Assembly: GCA_041665345.1 (NCBI GenBank)
Contig: JBAYJA010000005.1
Span: 2,913-66,912, forward strand
Direction: 5' to 3'
DNA from: Patescibacteria group bacterium
Lineage (GTDB): Bacteria > Patescibacteriota > Patescibacteriia > PEXW01
Length of the DNA stretch: 64,000 bases
Part shown: positions 8,251 through 17,768 of the stretch, piece by piece
Position numbering within the stretch: position 1 is the first letter of the stretch
Layout of the letters: each line of letters starts with the position of its first letter
Made by a program: the position numbers and the translations under genes
Notes under the pieces: generated by a model
The model's database searches: none
The model's input: the letters and a program-made list of their open reading frames with translations, nothing else
What the model was told of the DNA's origin: nothing

Positions 8251-11200
8251 ATGCTATTTCGTTTTTATCGAAGCCCGGCGCTTTCGGCGATGCGCAGCAC
8301 CGCACTGCTCCAGAAGGCGCAGGCTGAAGTGTCAGCGGATATTACGGCGGTTGAGACCGAGTGGGTCTATACCGTGGCATCAACCCGTACCCTAAAAACG
8401 CAGGAGCGATTGATCCTGGAATGGATCCTGCGGGAAACTTTCCAACCCGAACGTTTTGGTTTGCAGAGCAGCATTGTCACAAATGGCCACATTGAAGTTG
8501 GGCCGCGGCTGGCAATTGTTTCGCCTTTTTCCACCAACGCCGTGGCCATTTGCCACGCGTGTGGGTTGCAGACCATAACCCGGGTGGAGCGTTCTCGACG
8601 TTTCGTTTTCAAACGCGCCGACGGCACAAGCCTTTCTTCAGCAGAGGAAGCGCGCCTGCTCCCCCACCTGTACGATCGGATGACGGAGGAGCGGTACGGA
8701 CAACCACCCAAAAGTTTTGACCAGGAGGTGAGGCGTCAGCCACTTCCGTTGATCCCTATTCTCGCTGAGGGGAAAGCAGCTTTGATACGTGCAAGCAAGG
8801 AGATGGGTTTAGGTTTAGGTGATCAGCTCGTTACCTACGCAGTCGACCACAGCTTGCATACCTTGCAACGGGATTTGAGTGACGTTGAGGTTTTTAAGTT
8901 TGGCCAGCTGAATTCCAACCACTGTCGGCATTTGGTTTTTTGTGCCGAGTACACCATTGACGGTGTGATTATGCCGCATCCTCCCATGGAGATGGTACGT
9001 TTGAGTTTGGCGGGTAATCTTGGAGATATAATCAGCGCGTTGCGGGATAATGCCGGGGCAATGGCGCCACATTTAGTGCGTGCTTTTGTGCCAAGCAATC
9101 CGGGCCAGCCTTCGGCCTACCACCTGGAGGAGGTGGAGTACTGCATTATTTTGAAAGTGGAAACCCATAACCACCCAACGGGTGTTTCGCCCTACGCTGG
9201 CGCAGCCACTGGGACGGGCGGAGAAATTCGTGACCGGCAAGCAAATGGTCGGGGTGGGTTACCACAAACTGGTTTGGCGTGCTACTACGTTGGTAACCTT
9301 TTCTTGCCTGGGTACCGCCAACCTTGGGAAATGGAAATTGGCCAACGTTCACCTTCCATGGCGCCAGCGTTGGAAATTCTCATTCAAGCCTCAAACGGTG
9401 CCTCAGACTATGGCAACTGTTTTGGACAGCCTCTCATTCTCGGGGCGACTCGATCCTTCGAGTTTCTCTTGGATGAGGAGTGGCTGGGGTATGTGAAGCC
9501 AGTAATGGTTGCAGGGGGTGTGGGTTTGATGCGTTCGGACCATGTGCAGAAGCAAAAGCCAGAACCCGGCTTCCTGGTTGTGCAAATTGGCGGCGATGCT
9601 TACTGCATTGGTCTTGGGGGTGCGGGCCGGTCAAGTGTGGACAGCGGTTCGGCTGCTGACTTGCACCTTGATTTTGCTTCGGTGCAACGCGCGAATCCAG
9701 AAATGGAGCAGCGCGTTGATCGGGTCATCCGTGCCTGTGTTGCCTTAGGCCCGCGTAACCCAATTGTGACCATTCAAGATTTGGGTGCGGGCGGAGATTC
9801 AGTTGCGGTGCCGGAAATTGTGCACCCAGTAGGTGCGCGGATCCAGCTTCGGGCTATTCCTTCTGGTGATCCAACTATGTCCGTGCTTGAGCTCTGGTGC
9901 AACGAGAGCCAAGAACGGTTAGTGTTGATTCTTCGACCAGAAGACCTTGAGCTTTTCATCGCGATCTGCAATCGGGAGCGATGTCCCTTTGCGGTTATTG
10001 GTGTGTGTACCGGGGATGGGAAGATTGTCGTGGAAGATGAGGATGGGACGACGCCAGTTAATCTAGGTTTAGATTTTCTTTTGTCCGATTTGCCCCAGAA
10101 GCAAATTACGTCTGAGCGTGTTGCTCGGGCATTCCAGCCTTTGGTGCTACCCGACGGTCTGACGGTTCGCGCTGCGTTGGAGCAAGTTTTTGGGTTTGTG
10201 GACGTTGGCTCCAAAGCCTTTTTGACGCGGAAGGTTGACCGTTCTGTGGGTGGCTGCGTGGCGCAGCAGCAGACCGTAGGTGCGTTGCAGCTCACTCTTG
10301 CTGATCTTGCAGTAACGGCAGATAGTTTTGATAGCCTCACGGGTACTGCTCAAGCCATTGGTGAGCAGCCAATCAAAGGCATTTTGGACAGCGCAGCGGG
10401 TGCCCGCATGTCTGTGGCCGAAGCCTTAACGAATCTCATGTTCGCAAAGGTTACCGGCCTGGACAAGGTTAATTTCTCTGCCACCTGGCAGTGGCCGGCG
10501 GGTCATCCGGGTGAGGATGCACGGCTGTACGATGCCGTACACGCGGTAACCCTGGGTCTGCAAAAGGATCTCGGGGTACGCATCTTCGTGGGAAAAGACT
10601 CACTCTCCATGGCGACACGTGCGGTGCGTGAAGGTGTGGAAACTGTGGTCAAGGCGCCGGGGACTGTTCAGTTTGTGGCGGTTGCACCTATGGCAGATGT
10701 GACTCGGAAAGTCACCCCAGCATTGCAATATCCTGGAATCAGCCAGCTGTTGTTCCTGGATTTGTCCGGTGGGCAGCAGCGGCTGGGCGCTTCGACCTTG
10801 GCGCGGGCGTATAACCAATTGGGTGATATGACCCCGGATCTTGACGATCCAGACTTGCTTCGCCGGGGCTTCCTGGCGGTGCAAGAGCTGCTACGGCTGG
10901 GTTTGATTCACGCCGGGCACGATCGTTCGGACGGTGGACTCATTACCACGCTGCTAGAAATGGCTTTTGCTGGAAACTGTGGGCTTCGCGTGCACTTCAC
11001 GCACCCAAAATTTGGCACCAATCCATTTTCCCTCCTCTTCAATGAAGAGTTGGGCGTCGTGATGGAGTACCAGCCGTCAAGTTGGCCAATGATTGAAAAA
11101 GTTTTGGCCAGCTACGGTTTGCTGGATCAGTGCCAGGACATTGGGCGAACACTGGTGGCCAAAGAGATTACCGTGGTCGGTCCAGATGGCATTATCCTCG

Positions 11201-12177
11201 CTGAGGATATGCGAGTGTTGCGTGATCTGTGGCAAGCCACATCGTATGAGTTAGATATGCGTCAGACGCATTCCACTTTGGTGGAGTCTGAACGGGAAAG
11301 TAATTTTGACCGTTTCGGGCCCACGTACGCTCTCACCTTCCAGCCGACGCATCGTATGAGCAGCGACACGGAGCAAATCCCTGCTCCGAAAGTTGCAATC
11401 TTGCGAGAGGCGGGGACGAATGGCGACCAGGAAATGGCCAAGGTGTTTCAGCTGGCCGGGTTTACGTCGTACGATGTCACCATGACTGATTTGGCGGACG
11501 GTCGGGTGAGCCTGGCTGATTTCCGAGGTCTGGTACTGTGTGGCGGTTTTTCCAACCGTGACGTGCCAGATGCGGGGAAGGGCTGGGCCGCCACCATTCT
11601 GTTCAATGAGCAGGTGCAAGCGCAGTTTAAGGCGTTCTTTGCGCGGCCAGATACGTTCTCTCTGGGAGTGTGCAATGGCTGCCAAGTCATGACGCTCCTG
11701 GGTATTGTGCCTTGGCCAGGGATTACGGCGGCGCAGCAGCCGCGTTTCGTGACCAACACTTCCGAAATTTTTGAGTCACGGTTCAGCGCGGTCAGCATCT
11801 TACCCAGCCCGTCCATTTTCTTCACGGACATGGCGGGTTCAACCTTGGGCATTTGGGTGGCGCATGGCGAAGGCCGCTTGCACTGTTCCGCCGACATGGT
11901 GGCGGAGATTGAGCGGCTGGGTTTAGCGCCTGTGCGGTTTGTGGATGATCAGCGCAGTGTTACGGAACAATACCCGTTCAATCCCAATGGTTCGCCCTTG
12001 GGTATCACCGCGTTATGTTCGGTAGATGGTCGCCACTTAGCCATGATGCCGCACGCTGAGCGACTGTTCCTCCCCTGGCAGTGGCCCTACTGGCCGCAGA
12101 GTTGGGGTGGGCTCAGGGTCAGTCCGTGGCTCCAAATGTTCCAAAATGCGTACGCCTGGTGCGTCCAGCATTCCTAA
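8251..12177 (+). CDS. purL: phosphoribosylformylglycinamidine synthase, large single-chain form
   Basis: NSNHCRH, KVETHNHPT, ESQER, GKDSLSM, HDRSDGG, LGVCNGCQ, MMPHAER motifs; 1308 aa. Confidence 0.95.
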   Translation: MLFRFYRSPALSAMRSTALLQKAQAEVSADITAVETEWVYTVASTRTLKTQERLILEWILRETFQPERFGLQSSIVTNGHIEVGPRLAIVSPFSTNAVAICHACGLQTITRVERSRRFVFKRADGTSLSSAEEARLLPHLYDRMTEERYGQPPKSFDQEVRRQPLPLIPILAEGKAALIRASKEMGLGLGDQLVTYAVDHSLHTLQRDLSDVEVFKFGQLNSNHCRHLVFCAEYTIDGVIMPHPPMEMVRLSLAGNLGDIISALRDNAGAMAPHLVRAFVPSNPGQPSAYHLEEVEYCIILKVETHNHPTGVSPYAGAATGTGGEIRDRQANGRGGLPQTGLACYYVGNLFLPGYRQPWEMEIGQRSPSMAPALEILIQASNGASDYGNCFGQPLILGATRSFEFLLDEEWLGYVKPVMVAGGVGLMRSDHVQKQKPEPGFLVVQIGGDAYCIGLGGAGRSSVDSGSAADLHLDFASVQRANPEMEQRVDRVIRACVALGPRNPIVTIQDLGAGGDSVAVPEIVHPVGARIQLRAIPSGDPTMSVLELWCNESQERLVLILRPEDLELFIAICNRERCPFAVIGVCTGDGKIVVEDEDGTTPVNLGLDFLLSDLPQKQITSERVARAFQPLVLPDGLTVRAALEQVFGFVDVGSKAFLTRKVDRSVGGCVAQQQTVGALQLTLADLAVTADSFDSLTGTAQAIGEQPIKGILDSAAGARMSVAEALTNLMFAKVTGLDKVNFSATWQWPAGHPGEDARLYDAVHAVTLGLQKDLGVRIFVGKDSLSMATRAVREGVETVVKAPGTVQFVAVAPMADVTRKVTPALQYPGISQLLFLDLSGGQQRLGASTLARAYNQLGDMTPDLDDPDLLRRGFLAVQELLRLGLIHAGHDRSDGGLITTLLEMAFAGNCGLRVHFTHPKFGTNPFSLLFNEELGVVMEYQPSSWPMIEKVLASYGLLDQCQDIGRTLVAKEITVVGPDGIILAEDMRVLRDLWQATSYELDMRQTHSTLVESERESNFDRFGPTYALTFQPTHRMSSDTEQIPAPKVAILREAGTNGDQEMAKVFQLAGFTSYDVTMTDLADGRVSLADFRGLVLCGGFSNRDVPDAGKGWAATILFNEQVQAQFKAFFARPDTFSLGVCNGCQVMTLLGIVPWPGITAAQQPRFVTNTSEIFESRFSAVSILPSPSIFFTDMAGSTLGIWVAHGEGRLHCSADMVAEIERLGLAPVRFVDDQRSVTEQYPFNPNGSPLGITALCSVDGRHLAMMPHAERLFLPWQWPYWPQSWGGLRVSPWLQMFQNAYAWCVQHS

Positions 12178-12266
12178 GCACTTTTTATAAGCTCGTATGG
12201 AAATTCCGTACGAGCTTTTTGTTACCTTGCGTCCACGGGGTTTTTCCCGCACAATACACCCTACGT

Positions 12267-14009
12267 ATGCGCCTGCTTTGGACCTACCTCAAAAAGTTTA
12301 AGAAACTCCTGCTTTTTGCCTTGCTCCTGGCCATGATCAACCAGGTGTTCTCCTTATTGGACCCGCAAATTATGCGGCTGCTGGTTGACCGCTACGCTAG
12401 CCGGGTGAGTGAACTTAGCCGGGGTGATTTCTTGCACGGCGTCATTGTGCTGGTTCTCCTCTCCATGGGTACGGCCTTGGTCTCCCGCATCGCTAAGAAT
12501 TTTCAGGATTACTTTGTGAACGTCATTGTACAGCGCATGGGCGCTCGGTTGTACGCGCACAGCGTGAGCCATTCCTTCTCCCTCCCCTACCAGGCATTTG
12601 AAGATCAACGGTCGGGTGAGCTCCTGCAAAAGCTGCAGAAGGCACGAACAGATGCGCAAGCTTTGATTACCAGCGCTATCGGCATTCTTTTTTTCTCCCT
12701 CGTCGGCATCATTTTCGTTCTCAGCTACGCCTTCACGGTGCACTGGTCCATTGGTCTGGTGTACTTTTGCATGATTCCCATTTTGGGTTTCATCACGTTT
12801 TTCATTAGCCGGCAAATTAAAGTTGCGCAGAAGCAGATTGTAGCAGAAATGGCGTCGCTCTCCGGTTCCACCACCGAGACGTTGCGGAATGTGGAGCTGG
12901 TGAAGAGTTTGGGTTTAGATCAACAGGAGATCGAGCGCTTGAATGCCACCAACGACCGGATTCTGCAGTTGGAGCTGAAGAAGATCATTCTGATTCGGAA
13001 ATTCAGTTTTATCCAAGGAACGCTCATCAACACCTTCCGATCCGCTTTGCTCGTGCTCATGTTCTGGCTCATTTTCCAGCAAAGCATTTCTCTGGGTGAG
13101 TACTTCACTTTGCTCATTTACTCCTTCTTCATCTTCAGTCCGTTAGCGGAACTTGGCATGGTTGCCCAGAGCTACCAAGAAGCGCGCGCCAGCATGGAGC
13201 AACTGGAGAAAGTGTTGCAAACACCCGCTGAAGCGAAACCCGAACACCCTCAGCCAATTGCTGCCCTCACCCGCGTTGCCTTTACTCAAGCTGGGTTTGT
13301 GTATGCGACAGCGCCTCGACCAGCAATTGATAATGTCTCCTTGGAAATAACGCAGGGACAAACCGTGGCATTTGTGGGTCCGTCTGGTTCAGGAAAGACA
13401 ACCCTGGTAAAACTCCTCTCTGGTTTGTACCAACCGACGACTGGGACATTACAGTTCAATGCTGTGGATGCGAAGCAAGTGGATTTCCCCGCCTTCCGGC
13501 GCAGGATTGGCTTGGTGGCGCAGGAAACTCAGCTCTTTGCCGGGACTATTCGGGAGAACCTACAGTTTGTGAAACCAAATGCCACGGATCAAGAATGTCT
13601 GGCCGCTTTGGAATCCGCTGCAGCTGGAACCATCCTTCGGCGCTCCAGCCAGGGTTTGGATACGAAGATTGGCGAAGGTGGGCTCAAACTCTCTGGTGGC
13701 GAACGTCAGCGCTTGGCCATTGCCCGTGCCCTGCTGCGCGACCCAGACCTGATTATTTTTGACGAAGCCACCAGCAGTTTGGACTCACTCACGGAGCAGC
13801 AGATCACGGAGACGATCAAGCAGGTGTCCAAGATCAAGCCCAACCTCATGACTGTGCTCATTGCGCACCGGCTTTCCACGGTGAGTCATGCCGACCGGAT
13901 TTTTGTGCTGGAGCAAGGCAGGATCGCCGAGCAGGGTACACATACCGAGCTCCTCGCAAAGGGTGGGCTGTATTCTGCCATGTGGCGACAGCAGGTGGGG
14001 GCGAACTAG
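12267..14009 (+). CDS. ABC transporter, fused permease/ATPase (MdlB-like exporter)
   Basis: TM domain plus GPSGSGKT, LSGGERQR, DEATS, IAHRL. Confidence 0.92.
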   Translation: MRLLWTYLKKFKKLLLFALLLAMINQVFSLLDPQIMRLLVDRYASRVSELSRGDFLHGVIVLVLLSMGTALVSRIAKNFQDYFVNVIVQRMGARLYAHSVSHSFSLPYQAFEDQRSGELLQKLQKARTDAQALITSAIGILFFSLVGIIFVLSYAFTVHWSIGLVYFCMIPILGFITFFISRQIKVAQKQIVAEMASLSGSTTETLRNVELVKSLGLDQQEIERLNATNDRILQLELKKIILIRKFSFIQGTLINTFRSALLVLMFWLIFQQSISLGEYFTLLIYSFFIFSPLAELGMVAQSYQEARASMEQLEKVLQTPAEAKPEHPQPIAALTRVAFTQAGFVYATAPRPAIDNVSLEITQGQTVAFVGPSGSGKTTLVKLLSGLYQPTTGTLQFNAVDAKQVDFPAFRRRIGLVAQETQLFAGTIRENLQFVKPNATDQECLAALESAAAGTILRRSSQGLDTKIGEGGLKLSGGERQRLAIARALLRDPDLIIFDEATSSLDSLTEQQITETIKQVSKIKPNLMTVLIAHRLSTVSHADRIFVLEQGRIAEQGTHTELLAKGGLYSAMWRQQVGAN

Positions 14010-14109
14010 ATTGAGGGTTTGGGTGTGGCGGTGAGTATAGAGGGAAGGTAGGGGTGAAGAGGCGGCATAGGTAACGACCTGCCATTTTTTGTGAGGTATA
14101 CTTAGGCAT

Positions 14110-15063
14110 ATGCAAACCATTGCCGTGCTTATGGGCGGACCTTCAACAGAGCATGAAGTGTCTCTGGCCTCAGGTGAGAATGTATGTGCCAATCTAGATC
14201 GAAAAAAGTACCAAGTGCTTCCAGTGCGTATTTCCAAAAAAGGTTTGTGGACATTTGGAAATGCAGCGCGCCACTACCCATTACTCGCAGGCATTGCTGA
14301 GTTGCAGCGGAGGAAAATCGCCGTTGTCTTCATCGCACTGCATGGCGTTTTTGGTGAAGATGGAAAGTTGCAGGCGCTATTGGAAACAGCAAACATTCGG
14401 TACACGGGCTCTGGACCCGCAGCCTCAGCGTTGGCAATGGATAAGAAGTTAAGCGGTTTGCTTTTCCAGGCAGCTGGTTTGCGGGTACCAGCCTTCACAC
14501 TTGTTCGCCAGGGGGAGAAAGGAAGACTGTCAAAATTCCCGGTGATTCTCAAGCCCCGATTTGGCGGTTCCAGTGTGGGTATTACGATTGCAAAAAATCC
14601 ACAAGCGTATACCCATGGATTACAAAACGCCTGGAGATATGAGCCGGAGGTTGTTGTGCAGAAGTATATTTCTGGCGTTGAGTTAACCTGCGGGGTTATT
14701 GAATCAGTCAGTGGCAAACCCCAAGCACTGTTGCCCACGTTGATTCGGCCCGTGACTGCACATTTTTTTGGCTACAAGGCAAAGTACACTCCGGGTATGA
14801 CGGAAGAAATTACCCCGGCGCCACTGCCCAATGGAGTGTTACGAAAAATCCAAGCGCAGGCTTTGCTGGCACATACGACGTTAGGCTGCCGTGGCTTTTC
14901 ACGAACCGATTTCATTATCCGGGGACAAACTATGTACGTGTTAGAAACCAATAGTATCCCCGGGTTAACCCAGGAGAGCTTGCTGCCCAAAGCGGCCCGG
15001 GCGAGCGGTTTACCTTTCGCACAATTGCTCGACCGGATTATTCGCGCTGGGGTGAGGCGGTAG
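14110..15063 (+). CDS. ddl: D-alanine--D-alanine ligase
   Basis: GGPSTEHEVS, LHGVFGEDG, GSSVG, ETNSIPG motifs. Confidence 0.95.
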   Translation: MQTIAVLMGGPSTEHEVSLASGENVCANLDRKKYQVLPVRISKKGLWTFGNAARHYPLLAGIAELQRRKIAVVFIALHGVFGEDGKLQALLETANIRYTGSGPAASALAMDKKLSGLLFQAAGLRVPAFTLVRQGEKGRLSKFPVILKPRFGGSSVGITIAKNPQAYTHGLQNAWRYEPEVVVQKYISGVELTCGVIESVSGKPQALLPTLIRPVTAHFFGYKAKYTPGMTEEITPAPLPNGVLRKIQAQALLAHTTLGCRGFSRTDFIIRGQTMYVLETNSIPGLTQESLLPKAARASGLPFAQLLDRIIRAGVRR

Positions 15064-15130
15064 GAGGTTAGGACGGAGAGGGCTGCAGCATAAAAAAACA
15101 GGCAAACATGTGTTTGCCTGTGTGGTGGAA

Positions 15131-16258
15131 TTATTTGCCCGGAGGACGCAAGAACCGATTTTTTTCAGGTCCGAAAATGACCCCGCGTCGCCCTGTAACG
15201 ACTTTGCCGAGTTCAAACATTTCGTACCCGGAAGCAACGCCTGCATCTATAGCGAGGTTGACCATTTTGCGTGGCACAAAGGCACAGTAGCCAATGCCCC
15301 AGTTAAAGGTCTTGAGGCAGGTTTTGAGGTCAACACCGAGTTCACGCATGAAGCGAAAGATGAGTGGGATATCCTTTGGCCAGCCGTCCTTGCTGATGAC
15401 GTATGTGAATGAGCGCTGATCAAATGCCATTTTGCTTACGCCATCGCCAGTCATGGGAGCCAACGCATGGATGTCAACGCCATATTCCTGCATTTTTTCA
15501 ACCCAGGCAACATACGATCGGGTCGGTATCAATGTTTCATCACCCAAAGTATTACCGTTCGGCAGTTTGGTTAAGAATTGATCCTGCAAGGTAAGCGCAC
15601 GTTTGATAATCAACGAAATGCCGTTCGCGTGTACACCGGAAGACGTAGCACCAATAATGACGTCACCCACACGTAAACGTTTTCCGGTAATACGTAGTTT
15701 CGGATTCGTGATAATACCAAGTGCACATCCAGAAAGCGACGGCGCGCTCTTGACCGGCGGTTCCGCTTTAATCAGGTAGCGCAGCGATGGCGATTCGCCA
15801 GCCGGCAATGCCATCCCCGCTAGCTTGCAGATTTGGTAGAAGCTTTCTGCTAGTACCTTCGCGCGCTTTTTGTCGCTGAACCACTCGCTGTCTCCTGCAG
15901 CAACTTCATCGGTATATCCGAAAGGCATAGCGCCTTGGGCAATGAGGTCGTTTACCGCCATGAGCGCAGCATCGATTCCGATGCCTTCATAGTAGGTTCG
16001 TCCAGTACCCGCATGTTGGTACATCCATTCGGATATCCAGTTCTTGTTGCCCAATCCCTCAGTGGTCTGGACAAGAATCGACTTGTTCGTCCAACGGCTA
16101 AATCGGTACATTGCACCATGCGCGTGCGGGGCATGGACAACAAACACGCCTCGACGATTTGGGAAGCGCAATGTTCGTTTTCCCGTTTCTTGCATCATGT
16201 GCTTGAATGGGTCGATTTTTCGGTAATTGACGCCAGCAAGGGCGTATTCGTTTTTCAA
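15131..16258 (-). CDS. purM: AIR synthase (PurM-like), divergent
   Basis: YALAGV, MAVNDLIAQGAMP, SSGVHANG, TFNWGIG; TTG start after AGGAGGTG. Confidence 0.85.
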   Translation of the reverse strand: MKNEYALAGVNYRKIDPFKHMMQETGKRTLRFPNRRGVFVVHAPHAHGAMYRFSRWTNKSILVQTTEGLGNKNWISEWMYQHAGTGRTYYEGIGIDAALMAVNDLIAQGAMPFGYTDEVAAGDSEWFSDKKRAKVLAESFYQICKLAGMALPAGESPSLRYLIKAEPPVKSAPSLSGCALGIITNPKLRITGKRLRVGDVIIGATSSGVHANGISLIIKRALTLQDQFLTKLPNGNTLGDETLIPTRSYVAWVEKMQEYGVDIHALAPMTGDGVSKMAFDQRSFTYVISKDGWPKDIPLIFRFMRELGVDLKTCLKTFNWGIGYCAFVPRKMVNLAIDAGVASGYEMFELGKVVTGRRGVIFGPEKNRFLRPPGK

Positions 16259-16516
16259 TGAACACCTCCTACGTAGATGGTTTAGTTTCAGTCCAACCTT
16301 ACAATATCCTCCTTTTTTGTCAATTTTTCTCGTAGTTCTTTGGAAGTAGCTGGAATCGTGCTAAGTACATTCCCCCTTCCCTCCTGAACTTGCCAGGGGT
16401 ATACTTTTTATGCCCTTCAGAGTTCTTTAAACCGTGTCTGATTTGGCAAACCGCCTTTCGCAACAGAGTAACTGACTGTACGTGAGGCGGTTACTTTTTT
16501 CACCAAAACTCACCCT

Positions 16517-16963
16517 ATGAAGAGACAGTTTACCTATGTGCTCATTGCGATTTTCAGCGCTGCCGGGGCAGCTTTGTCAGGCTACTTATCGTACATTAAC
16601 CTGTGGGGAACCGGGTGCCAGCAAGCCGCGCTTTCCTGCGGTAATTCGGGTCCGGTGATGATCTTTGGCTTGCCAAACTGCATTTACGGGTTTGGGATGT
16701 TCACGGCGGTCTTCGTGCTCAGCATTGCTATTCTGCTCCATACGACAGCAGCAGTGCTGCCGAAAATTGTCTTTTGGTTTAGCGTGGTTGGCACGGCGTT
16801 TGCGCTGGGGCTAGTGGTGTACGAGTACGGTTGGTTGAAAGAAACCGGCATCCCAGCTTGTGTCTACGGCCTCATTTTCTACGCCCTGATTTTCATTCTT
16901 GCAATCATGCACCGGAAACAAGCGAATGCAGTATCAACTCCGCCCCTATCGCCTAACGCGTAA
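16517..16963 (+). CDS. VKOR-like membrane protein (atypical)
   Basis: 4 TM helices, loop Cys pair, GLPNCIYG and GIPACVYG; no CxxC. Confidence 0.55.
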   Translation: MKRQFTYVLIAIFSAAGAALSGYLSYINLWGTGCQQAALSCGNSGPVMIFGLPNCIYGFGMFTAVFVLSIAILLHTTAAVLPKIVFWFSVVGTAFALGLVVYEYGWLKETGIPACVYGLIFYALIFILAIMHRKQANAVSTPPLSPNA

Positions 16964-16967
16964 ACGT

Positions 16968-17693
16968 ATGGACACCCAACCAAGCGCCTCACCAATTATT
17001 GAGAAGACGTCATCCACAAAACCCACCCATCATCATCGCTGGCTGTGGTGGCTCATTGGGGTTGTGGTTGTGCTGCTCGTTATCATTGGTGGCATTGGGA
17101 TAGTGCAGGTGCCTGTGGTGTCTGCAGTGCTGGGCGTAGCCAAACCCGTTGACCTAGGTGTGGTTGCCAGCGAGCAAGCATTGACCAGCCTGGAGCAAAA
17201 AATTCCTGTGAAGGTTGTTGGTAATCCAACAGATTTTGTGGCGGGTGGTAATGAAACATACACCGGTTCTATTTCAGTGGACACCACAACAACTTCAGAA
17301 GAAGTTACTTCTTTCCTACAGCTTTTTCCGCGCGGCAACAACAGCGTCTTTAAAGACACGCAGGTAAAGAAGGTGGAAGGCGGTGTGGAAATTTCCACCA
17401 TGCTGGAAAAGTACGTGCACGCGCCAGTATACGTCCGCGTCAACATTAGCAAACTGACGAACAAGAGCGTGACCCTGGATATCCAAAGCGCAAAGCTTGG
17501 TCGTATCCCGGTTCCCGCAAAGTACCTGCAGCAAGCGGAGGAGTACATCCAAGATTTGGTGAATGACCGCATTGCGCAGGTTGATGGGTTCACCATCGAC
17601 ACGCTGCAGTACCATGATGGGTACACGACTTTTAAGGGAACGTATCCAGCAGAAGTGAAGTCTGCTGCTGGGCGGTGGATCGAGTTGTACTAG
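16968..17693 (+). CDS. hypothetical membrane-anchored protein
   Basis: Single TM segment; starts 4 nt after the previous stop. Confidence 0.7.
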   Translation: MDTQPSASPIIEKTSSTKPTHHHRWLWWLIGVVVVLLVIIGGIGIVQVPVVSAVLGVAKPVDLGVVASEQALTSLEQKIPVKVVGNPTDFVAGGNETYTGSISVDTTTTSEEVTSFLQLFPRGNNSVFKDTQVKKVEGGVEISTMLEKYVHAPVYVRVNISKLTNKSVTLDIQSAKLGRIPVPAKYLQQAEEYIQDLVNDRIAQVDGFTIDTLQYHDGYTTFKGTYPAEVKSAAGRWIELY

Positions 17694-17768
17694 TCTGGTT
17701 CACATCAATGAGAACGCGAATAGCCTACCCTCGACAGGGTGGGTTTTTTGCGCTATACTGAACCACTC

